The notes beneath the pieces are model-generated. The model had not been told where the DNA came from. It saw only the letters and a list, made by a program, of their open reading frames with translations, and did no database searches. The position numbers were made by a program, and so were the translations under genes. A stretch of 64,000 nucleotides of DNA from assembly GCA_030141605.1 (NCBI GenBank), contig JAQGDQ010000075.1:1-64000 (forward strand). Direction: 5' to 3'. Position 1 is the stretch's first letter. Every line of letters starts with the position of its first letter. Origin of the DNA: Tubiluchus corallicola (taxonomy: Eukaryota; Animalia; Priapulida). Positions 52,811 through 64,000 of the stretch are shown piece after piece.

Positions 52811-55530
52811 CGACATGAAATTGCTACACAGGAAGTTACACAAATTTGAGAATTTTTGTGTGGACATTCAAAATGTCACCCGAAGACTTCCCTGCCCTTT
52901 ATTTAGCGCGAAACGATTTTAGATCACAAAAATGTACAGGTATCAGAAGTTCTTTTTCATGATGTGTAATTCATAATGTAGAATGATGTACGTATACATA
53001 ATTCGATATAAGCTTTAGCAAAACCGAGGCAATATGTGTGATTTTATAGAAACAACTATTGCTTTTTAGTGTTCGATTACACCTGAGAGATTATTATAAT
53101 GAATAGTAAATTAATAATTTTTGAAGAATGCTAATTCGTAGGCTCAATCAAGTTCTATTGTTCGAAAAGACATTTCGGCAAAAAATAAACAATTAAAAAA
53201 TAAACATTAATATGACAGAAAAGCGAGAAAGATACCAACGCCCGTTACTACTGCGAGCGTGCAGGCCTACATAATATATCAGGCATGTGGGGGGGGGGGG
53301 GGGATACAGCAATATTTATGTGATTATAGGCTAAAAATGTGCGGATTCTAATATTTGATTTTTATATTGCATATACTCAATACCGCATTGAAGAACTACA
53401 ATATACTTGCAATTCTTACACGTTGCACCTTTCAACGACTCTAGACGGGTTTATAAGCCCTTACATAATTTATTACAAGAAGAGAAAGACAGTTAGAGCA
53501 ATTAATCTTGTCTTAACATTCGACGGATTGCACCTCGAACTTGTATTCAAACTGATTTTTCCTGTCAAGTTTTTTTACTGCGTTAAGTAATTAACAAATC
53601 GTATAGTGTGATAGAGTGAATAAATTATGCATTGAAGACAGCAAGGATGTTACGTGAGTGTGGTGTCTAGTGACAACTTCATTAATTCTTTATGGCTTCC
53701 GCGCGATTAGGCAATATGGCCACGCGTGTTTTATTAAGCCTTTAAGAGCAATTTCTAAAAAAATTAACGTTTTCTGAACTCTTTAGCAAATATATGAAGT
53801 GTGAAGGTATGTGAGATACATAGCGTGAAGATATATTGTGGAGCCTGTCATGCGGTCACGCTGTCAATGCTAATTACGTTAGCTCTTAGTAATTAATATA
53901 TAAAATAATTGAAATGATCAAAGTAATTATGAGAATTTTTTCAATAAACATAAACTAACATCATGAAATAGACAATCAGACCTCTTTGAGGTTTTGAAGT
54001 TTAATTAACAAACTTTTATTATAAACCGTGAATGTTCAGCTACAGCTTAATGGAAACCTATTTATTATTTATGCAAAGTGAATGACGTCTTGGCTTTTAA
54101 AATACGTTACGCCTTTGAAAATGAAATTAATGTTAATTTTTGCTAGAAGTACTAGCGTTAAAATTTTTTGTAAAGGTATCGCGCCCTTGTCATTTTTCTT
54201 CAATTCGAAAAAGTTTTGGTGGTTTTAAAACGATTTCACCGGAGGACAGGCTTTATTCACAGTGGCATTCATGTCGATTTAACGCTTTTATGTTAAAACT
54301 TTTAGTCTATCAACGCGGCCACAAGCTCAAAATAGCTCTCGATAAGCTGAACTGAGACTGCCCCTTTTCAAAAGTCCATCAGATCAGTCTACCAGGAATT
54401 CCTTTGCTGCTTAAGTGTTCTTCATAGAGACAGAAAACACAAATTAAGCACCTCTTTTCATCGCGATGAAAACAGATACGATTTTCAAGAGTTTGTTTGC
54501 CTGTAAGTAAGTTTTACATTCGAATTTAAGATGTGTGCTTAGGATAAAAGTACATGATGAGTCTAACAATTCTAAGCCGGATACCTTGAGTCGGATTTCA
54601 ATTGTCCATTGCTCTACCTTTGGACTTTGCTTCTCAGGCCTCAAGGCGAAACTTTTTGTGAAAGATTTTTATGGTATCCTGCATTACTTTGTGGGTGGTA
54701 GCAAGATAAGTACATTAAACCTAACCTACATTAGAAAAGCCTGCGATACTCATGGAGACGGTTAAATATGAGAACGGTCACAACCTTATTGTGCCGAATT
54801 AGGTTGACTTACAAACAAAAAGTATTTTTTTCTTCGTTGTACCTAAAGGTTGCACAAGCTAACAAACTTCTATGCATTGTTAAAGTCTCGAGTAGCCTTA
54901 ACATTAACAAAACATGCATCGATAAACGCCCGCTCATGTATTAATGAGTGTTTTAACAACATTGAAACGTGTTGACCTTTCTTGATCACTAGTTATTCCT
55001 TGTATTTAAAATCAGAATAAGGGTTTTTTAGCAACAGCAGTATCACTGGCCCTATAAAGTTTATTGCTACAAGGAAGCTGACGTTTAATTCAAATTCTGG
55101 TCGCCTCCACTAAACATTGACTCCCCATGACTCATTTATTCGAGTGCTTGGCATCAACAAAAGGATATTTTGTCCCTTGCAATCTCGCAATTTGAATTAA
55201 TTTTTTTAATGTTTAGAAAGTTCTAAAAATCGTATTTAGTTTTCTCGGCCGGTTTTGCTAATTGGATTTCTGGCTGATATTATGTAGACGACCAGAAAAG
55301 TTTAATAAACTCAAAATTTGAATTGAATACTCACAGATGTGACTCACCTTTGAGTGTCTATAGAGCACTGTAGGAGTGACCCTGCAGATGTTTTAAACCA
55401 CAGCTCAGCTTCAATTGTGAAAACCATGCCTGTCAATGTAACGTTAGTGCCTTTGGTTACGCCCATAAAATTTTTTGCGGCGCTACGCTAGTATGATGGT
55501 TAGAAACATTTTAGCATTCAAAACATTGGC

Positions 55531-55642
55531 CATTGTCATCGTCGTCGTCATCATCATCGTCACATCGTCAGCATCATCTTCGTAGTCATTATCGTCGTCG
55601 TCGTCATCATCTTTGGTATTATCATTGGTGTCATCATCTTCA
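55531..55642. repeat. Degenerate (CAT/CGT)n repeat
   Basis: Direct reading. Confidence 0.85.
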
Positions 55643-57205
55643 TGAAATGTTGGCAAACTGATTGTAAAAACCATACATTTTTAGGCAACTTGCCTATACA
55701 TGCGTACTTCGCAAAAAAATAGTGCACAAACGCAAGATACTGGCGGTATTGTTTATATTTTGGTAAAAACAATGTATTTTTTCCGGTTCTGAATTTCGAA
55801 TTAATAAGTGCATGCCAATATACGAATCCACTTAATGGATTGTTGCAACAATTGAAGGTTTGAGAGAGATAATATGGGTAACAAACATATGTTGCAAAGT
55901 GTAAAGCCGAGAACTTGTAGCAGCAGCGTCCTAATGTTTATTGTGCCACTCGTTACATTCCCACAGCCAAAGCGAGAAAAACTACAAACGCAGAATGAAA
56001 AACAGTGAGAGCCATAAGTGTACTGTACAGTCTTGCATCCTGAATCTAAGATTAACATCTGTCATATGTGTGCGCTTGCGTGAGCTTTGTGTATGAGCAA
56101 CGCATCATGAGTGCGCGCGTGCTCGAGCTATGTGAATGGGCAACGCAAAGCCGACCTGTCTACTCGTAAGCTATTTACATTTAATTGTTAAGAACATGTT
56201 GTTGATTTGTAAATTAAATATAAATGATAAGTGGGTTTAAGACATTCCAATTGAGCAGATTTGCAGATTTGAAGTTATTATAATACCTGCAACTTCAGCA
56301 GATAGTGTATTTTTTCAAGGAAAATTCCCTTAGTAATTTGAGAGCATATTTTTTCACAAACTTGCATTTATTCTTGTATGCAGCATTTAAAAAACGTAAA
56401 TTTTGTTTGTATTCGCTGTTGAATAGTCAGTTATAGTCAGCGATCGTGCCTTTTCACATGTAGGTGGAGCGAAATTGAACAATTCTTGAAGAAGCCACTC
56501 GCTTTGCAGTTCTTTCTGTGAGGAAACCTTGCACTGCAGTATTTGCCTTATTCGATTCCTGTGATGTATCATCAGGCAGACTGCACCTGACAGAGTTACC
56601 ATCACTACAGATTTATCCCCCGATTAGCAGCAGCTTTATGGCGGAGACGCAATAAGGTTCTGTTTGTTTTTGTCCAATAAACTTTAATTTAATGTCTCGG
56701 CCATGGAATTACCGTAATTTGTGAATGCAATAACGTGATTAGTGATATTTATAGTTGGATGGTACACACACTGATGCTATGATGTCACTGGGATATATAT
56801 GGAGGCGCTGTCGACTAGCATATGTCACTGTATTTGTTTAAGTGGAATTAATAAATTCTCTTGGTACAAGTTTTTATAATGGAAAGAGGATTAATTTATT
56901 ATTAGTATACTGCTTATTCTCAGAATTTTGCACCTAACGTGTAAAAACACACATTTTACGTATAATCTTAATCCTTACAAGATATTTAATTAGAGTATTG
57001 TCAAGCAGGCTAATGGTAAGTTAAAATAAAAAAATCATTAATAATCAAAGAAATAATTCGAATGCCATATTTAACGCAACATCTTCACGGTGTTATTCTT
57101 CCGCATCGCAAGTATGTTAGACAAGACACTGTTATTTAGCTGGAAAGAGTGGCAAAAAGTAAATAATACAATATTGGACTTGCATTCCAGAAGCATATAG
57201 TTTAA

Positions 57206-57664
57206 CCCTTTCATACCCGTTGTATCCCATGGGATACGAGAATATTCTCTGCCTTTAAAATTAATAAAATTTTAAAACTGACTGAGAGTTATTTGATCTG
57301 TTAGTAGTTATTTTGATTTAAGCCAATAACAATAGACTAAAAACAGTGATAAAATGGCAAACTAAAAAATCTACATAGCACAAAAAACTGTGTAAGGTAC
57401 AGTACTTTAGAGATGACTTTGTACAGATCAGCATAGCACACATACTAAATGTCTTAAATACTTTAAAAAATTATCAGCATTTGCTTTTTATCATGTTTAG
57501 CAACCATTGAATCCCAATGTATCCCGTGGGTACAGGCTATATTTAGCACACGGGCACAGGTAGAAAAAAATAATTATTATGTGTAAACAAGATGGACATA
57601 CTGAACAAAAGTACCAAGCCAAAAAAATTTTTCTTGTTAAAAAAATCATTTGGGACTGAAAGGG
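57206..57664. mobile_element. Non-autonomous piggyBac-type DNA transposon (MITE), 459 bp
   Basis: TTAA on both sides (57202-57205 and 57665-57668). Termini CCCTTTCATACCC ... GGGACTGAAAGGG form an 11/13 inverted match starting with CCC. No transposase ORF. Confidence 0.8.
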
Positions 57665-60600
57665 TTAAATTTAGATTTAGACACAGTTTTTGCTTTTCTG
57701 TTCTTTTAGCTTTTAAATTTTACTGTATAACTGTTGATTTGCTGATCGTCATCATTTGCAGCAGTAAATTATCAGCTCTACGCAACTTTTTCACTGATGT
57801 AACTATAAGAAAATTAATTAATTATCCACAGATAATGAACCTGTAAACAAAATTGATCTTCATTAATTAGTAATAATTTTATCATTAGTACACTATACAG
57901 CAATCGGGAAGCTGATGCACATAATCAGATGTTGTATTCAGGTTTGATAAACTAGTGATGTTAATGGTAAACATATTTGCGTTGTAAAATGATGAGGTTT
58001 GCATCCTAAGCGTCCGTGATTGAAATCCTGGATTAGCAATGAGTTTTACTTCGACCTATTTTGATTTCTAGATTTAAAATAATAATTGTGAGTCTATACC
58101 ATCAATAATTTAAGGTTAACGCTTATAAATGATTTAAATATAAATATGTTGGTTGGTTGGGTGTATCTTATTCGTGCATGCAGAGCAAACCTTACCAATG
58201 CTAGCATGTTGTGATCATATAGCTATGAACAGAGCCTATTCCATATGGTTTCATTGCTCTCTCGACAGTAAATATCTACTGGTTATGATTAGAGGTTCAC
58301 ACAAAATATTTCTGGCAAGTAAATATGCAAAACTGCCGATGCACTTGCAGCTTATTGATGTTTTCTCGATAATACAGTGCATCATTACCTTTTGACCCGG
58401 ATAATTGTTTGGCTTCATTCAGAGGGCTATTAGAATGTGGTTTCGGTTAATAGATTTATATTTTGGGGAGATATTATTTATCTCAGTTTAAACAGACTTG
58501 TTTAATGCAGAGAACTTCAAGCAAAAGCGTTGGAACATTTTTATGATTAATGACAAGATTAGTAGCAAATTATATCCACAATTATTAATTCTTATTTTGC
58601 ATGTTAGTAAGTAGTGAAATTAAAGAGCGTAACTTTTGCATGATTCGTAATGACATTTTTCATACACACTAGTTGCACAATAGTTGATCCTCACTCTACT
58701 TATCTTTAGTGCAAATCATTGGTAAAACCAAGAAGGATTTTCGTTGCTTACAAGATAATATTAAGACGCTGAAGTAGCAATAGTGAATTCGTTTTGTTGT
58801 AGAACATTAACGAAATGATTTTCTACATTAGTTGAATGGAATGAAGCTCAGAAAGAGATGTGTTTATTCGCGCTGAAAGAAACTTATACAATGACTGCAA
58901 ATCTGCGAATGTTTGCTGATTTCCTGATAGGAAGGAGGGTTTCTATTCAAATGATTTTGTTGCTTTTTCTTCCTGATTCGGGTTGTGAACTTGCGATATT
59001 TGCAAGGTGTGCTTTGTTCATTTTGGAAAATGTTGCCACAACTAGATTCTGCTCTCAGAGAGCAGGGGTTACTTTTGAATGTGCATAATGCGTATACAAA
59101 TTCCTCCTATAATCAGATTGCCCCAAAGTGCAGTAAATGTTTAGCTAAAATGATCTCTACAGTCAAATTCGCCATAAACATGGTTAAGATAGTGATAATA
59201 AAATGGGTCTCAAGCTTCCTGCAATTACTATAAATTAGCCTGTTTCTAGAAATAAAAAGAAAATTATTATTAAAAAAAATAGGTTTATTATTTTAATATT
59301 TTATTTAAATTTTTATTTAGAAAATATAGCAATACAGTGCATGTACATTCTAAATGAAAACCCCCTGTAACTGCAGGACACAACTGAGGTAGTTTGTCTC
59401 AGCGATATTATGCTAAGGTTATTTATGTTATATGATAATATACAGCGTAATGCAATTAAGCGGTTAGTAAGTAACCTCTGCAACATAAAAGAATGCTTTT
59501 TAACGTTAAAAATGGCTTCACCTTAACAATACTATTAAGAGTTTGAGTGAAATTATAGCTACTACCCTTGTCTGCCAAGTATGAGTGAATTAGAGCCAAT
59601 ACTGACAACACGCACACAGTAGTCTGCCTAAATATAATATTTTTAAGTATATTCGGCTACTGAATTAATATTAGACTGATCAGTTTTGTGGTACGACCAT
59701 TATCATAACCCTAATTCTCGTTGATGATTGCGTTATTGTAGATATAATTTGAACTTTGACTAATTACAAGTTTTAGGCTCCGCTGGACGGGTTAGAAATA
59801 ATGAGAGGAAAAGTCTAGAGAAGCATAGAACCTATCCATCAAAGGTGAATCATACTGAAAGCTTTTTACGCCTGATTAACCACAGTCAGTGAAGCGAGAC
59901 AGTTAATGAGAAGCGAGTGTCTGTTGAGAGCTGATGGTCAATGGCTTCGCGTGCCATCCAACCCTCTTATTAGTCGCCAGACAAGTGGGCTTCCCACCGG
60001 GCGCCGACATTTTTAGCCTACTCAACTGATTAAAGATATTAGCAGCAATGGTTTATTTAGATGCTTAGAGAAAGAAAAATAATGAAACAGGACACCAATT
60101 ACTAAAGAGACCTGTGAACATATGTGGTAAGGAGGGTTGATCTAGATTGCAAATTCCCTTATGGATGCAATTGTCTTTTGTAGCCTCAGCAAGAATTTTA
60201 AGTATCAGTCAATAATGGCACAAAAAGTGAAAAAGCGATTTCAGCTGTGTGTATTCAAGACACGGTTTTTTAAGAAGCTAGTAGTGTTGGGCGCACCTAA
60301 GTGAATCCGCCTCGTGGAAGTAACAGAGAGTAGGGGATAGACTGTGGTTTCTTGTCCATCTCTTGGTGTTTATTAATCCAGGGCGCTGGGCTGTGAGAGA
60401 GGCAGCGCGCGCGTGAAAACACTCGTGGGGAGGTTAATAGGCTCGCCGCGTCTGTTTGTTACGTTAGCTAAGCAGCTCCTTCTGGGAGCTGCCTTGGCAG
60501 GTTAATAAGATCAATACCTAGCAAACAAAATGTCCCGGACGAGCTGGCACTGTCTGCCATAACTATGACTGCGAAAATTGCTGATAGTGGCGGCGTTTTT

Positions 60601-61435
60601 GCGTTGACATCTGTTTCAAATTAGGTAGTAACGAAGCCATGGATTTTTAATGTGACGATGACGTTTTGTAATGACTTTAGGCAAGCCCAATGCAGGCGGC
60701 GAGGCTTTTAAATCATTATTTTAGTGTAGACTTACTTTATGATGCTTTCATTATCTAAAGTAATTTGTTTGTTAATGAGTGTTTTTCTACACTTTCGTCT
60801 GAATTTCATTGTAGAAAATAGGTGGGAGAATAAACTATAAATAAAATTGCTGAAATTTTGCCTTCTGTAACTAGTACTTTAGTGGTTTTCTTTAACATAT
60901 AATTAGATCTATTCAAATAAGATAAATGGAAAAAATGTAAATGTGAAACAAATAAATTATCTGTGATACAAATATATGAAAGTTGAAAGGTAAAACCATG
61001 CTATTAAGTCTGTAAAATATTCTTACAGACTTAATTTTTTAAGAATATTCTCTTCTTAAAATATGGAGTACTTACTGGGTGACGGACTAATTGGTACGAA
61101 TTTTCTTACGTATTTTCCAACACAATATTATCTCAAGGAGAAAAACTCACATATCATCAGCATCATCATCATCCAATGAATCACACGTCCAGTGACATGA
61201 TTCTGCTCACCTCCCTATGCCAGGACTCCCTGCTCGCCGCAATGCCCCAAGTACATTTATTTCTAAGGATCAATGCTGAAGTGTTTAAATCTTTCTGTGC
61301 AAAATCTAAATATGTTAACATTTGTCCTCCTGCAGGTTTTTTAGCTAGTTCTATGGCTTGTTGAAGAGCTATCGGTAGTGGTGCTGACAAGCCACTGACT
61401 TTAATTTTCATTTAAATTAAAGTATTTTGTCTTAA

Positions 61436-61685
<250 letters not shown>

Positions 61686-62699
61686 TAACGATTACTGTTA
61701 ACTGAGTTAATTTTATCACCTTTATAATACATATAATAAATAAGTGAAGCGAATATAGTTTTTGGTAAAATATTTTTGAAGCTACTTCTAAATGAGCTTA
61801 CAGTTTGGGCGGATATATTTATAAATTTTCCTGTACCAAGTTATTTAGTGATTGTTACACAAATTTATTATTTCTTTTTGCTTGAGCTTTTGACCTGCAT
61901 GATGTCTGGTATAGGACACCATGTAACCTATTGTCGTCGCAGCATAAAAGGGAAATAAATGCTTCACCTAATTACGTAGGAAAGACAAAGTTATAATAAA
62001 GGACGGCATATGTACCTAGGTTTGGAGTACAGCATTTGTTCCACGTAAAAGACCTGTATGCAGGCAGCTGCAAGCAAAATGACTTTTATGTCTTCCAAGT
62101 AGGAGACTGTCATTTTAACCCTTTCATTTTTCAGTAAAGAAACTTACCCCGCACTGTGAAGTTGAAATGCGCTCTTGTTCTCACCTGTGCTTTCTCGTGA
62201 CACACTCACGCACCAGGGGGCGTGGCGAAAGTGAAAAACTGACCTGTAAAAATGCATACCGACACGCCTATATACCTATAAGCACGTAGCGTATATAGCT
62301 GCAAATACACCAACTATCTTAAGGAGTGTAAATTTGAAAAAGATGATATAGCACATAGAGCGCACAGAAATACCTAAAAAAGTGATTGTATCTGTTATAG
62401 TTTTGCTACTACCCGTTGGTATGACACTGGCACAAGTAAATCTCATTTTTTCACGTTTGCATCTCAATCGAAGTGACGCTGGCAAGCCACTGTTACAGTA
62501 AGGTCAACTAGACAAGTCCTTCAGACCAACTGCAGCATTTACCTTACTTGAAGGTAGATTCCTTTAATATTTGAATTTTGCGAACTGTAGGCGTCACAAG
62601 CAGTCTACGTGTAATGCCGAACTGGTATAATATATGTGTATAATTATTTATAAAGTCCCGGTGCTACCAAGATTACGTCAGTAGGATCAATGTCGGCGT

Positions 62700-62753
62700 C
62701 ATCATCGTCATCATCATCATCACTATTATCATCGTCATCGTCATCATCATCAA
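62700..62753. repeat. (CAT)n repeat
   Basis: Direct reading. Confidence 0.85.
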
Positions 62754-63535
62754 TGTCTTTGATACCATTTTCTATGGTACTACATTCATCATTGCTGAAT
62801 GTTCAACCACCGTCGTCGACCCTTGTTGTCGTTATCGCTATTGGTTCTCTTTCCCTTTCCTTCGAGCGGTCCGGTGAACAAAGCAGCCACTGGCTGTTAT
62901 GAGACGTTAATATTTCATTACAATAGAGTATTCCGTCTCGTTGTACAATGCGATTTTACTTTTACATAAACATCTCAATAGGAAAGCTCACTGCCAAAAA
63001 TCTCTTCCCATAACTGTCACTAACTTGCCAGCCACATGAATCAACTTGAACTGTTTTATTTATCTGCGCGTTGTACCGTCTTTCTGCACAACTTACTTTT
63101 TACAAAACCGAATTAAATTAAGGGCTGAAAAATCTTCAGCTTCACCGATTGCGCATCAGATTGAGCTTGGAACGTTATAGTAATACTTTACATGCACACC
63201 TGCTTTACGGTTGTTTTCAATCTACATCTGTGTTCACAAGGTGCTGGAATTAACATTGTATTGTTACCAGAGGCTGCTAATATTAAGAAAAAAATTATTA
63301 AAATAGCGCTATATTAATTTGTTTCGTTTGGGGTCTGATTGATGCTGATGACTGGTCCATATCAAGTGAGATTTGAAAATTTTTCCAGATCAATTCTTCG
63401 ATTCATGCATGCAGTATCTAGGTAACTAGGTCTGTTGTTATATAAACCCAATTTCTGTCGTGAATATCTAACTTGTTGAACATAACTTAATAGGGTTCTG
63501 GCCAGATGGGATGGCTAGCTTGATGGTTAGCTGAT

Positions 63536-63695
63536 AGCCTGACTGACTGACTCATTGCCCGACTAATTGACTGACTTACTAGCTGACTGACTGACAGACT
63601 GAGCGACTGATTGACTATTGATTGATTGGTTGGCTAGCTACTAAGTGATTGATTGACTGAGTGGCTGTATGACTAACTGGCTTACTGACTGACTC
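63536..63695. repeat. Degenerate (GACT/GATT)n tetranucleotide repeat
   Basis: Direct reading. Confidence 0.8.
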
Positions 63696-64000
63696 AATTA
63701 CAATTTCTGATTTCATCTGTCTATTCGATTTTTCGTTTATTCATTTGTGTCATTGTTAACTTTCGAGCAAAATACTCTAATTTTCTGTTGTTACAGTGCC
63801 TCTGTGAGAAGACGACACGTGCGCTTCTTCGTAACAAAGACACCCCAGGAACCTGCGTATAAGCCCCACAGGATGACACGAACATTGTCCTTAGGAAAGT
63901 TTTATACATGCTTCATATACCTGCTGGTCATAAAGTGATAATACGATCAGTGCCGCGCAATTTGATTTAACTCTAAAAACGTCGGAAACGGTGCCCTGTA

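Noticed and set aside
53289-53303. Poly-G run (also poly-C near 41955)
   Set aside because: G-quadruplex capable in principle, but homopolymers are common and error-prone; no supporting context.
62115-62127. Solo TTAACCCTTTCAT resembling the MITE left end
   Set aside because: No matching right end or subterminal palindrome found nearby; may be chance or a remnant.

Overview
AT-rich, microsatellite-rich animal genomic DNA with GT-AG introns. It is probably from an invertebrate deuterostome; that is inferred from the genes and not proven. (1) Bases 1-13312 hold a large inverted duplication: arms of about 5.5 kb (1-5499 and 7857-13312) flank a 2.36-kb spacer. Six 3' exons of a threonine synthase-like 2 (THNSL2) gene lie on the minus strand, and a second copy of its last two exons lies on the plus strand. 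I could not find the 5' exons, including the PLP-lysine exon. (2) From 17804 to the window end lies the 5' part of a PRDM3/16 (MECOM/PRDM16/hamlet family) gene on the plus strand. It has a 37-nt first coding exon (MRSKGKARRLEP), a 32.7-kb intron 1, a 404-nt exon 2 that begins the PR domain, and an intron 2 that appears to run past the window. The rest is non-coding: LINE remnants, tRNA-derived SINE-like pieces, a TTAA-flanked piggyBac-type MITE, many simple repeats and candidate regulatory blocks. Most ORFs in the supplied track are spurious. I found no convincing new multi-gene system. The inverted duplication (real rearrangement or haplotype misassembly) and the PRDM3/16 architecture are the main points of interest.
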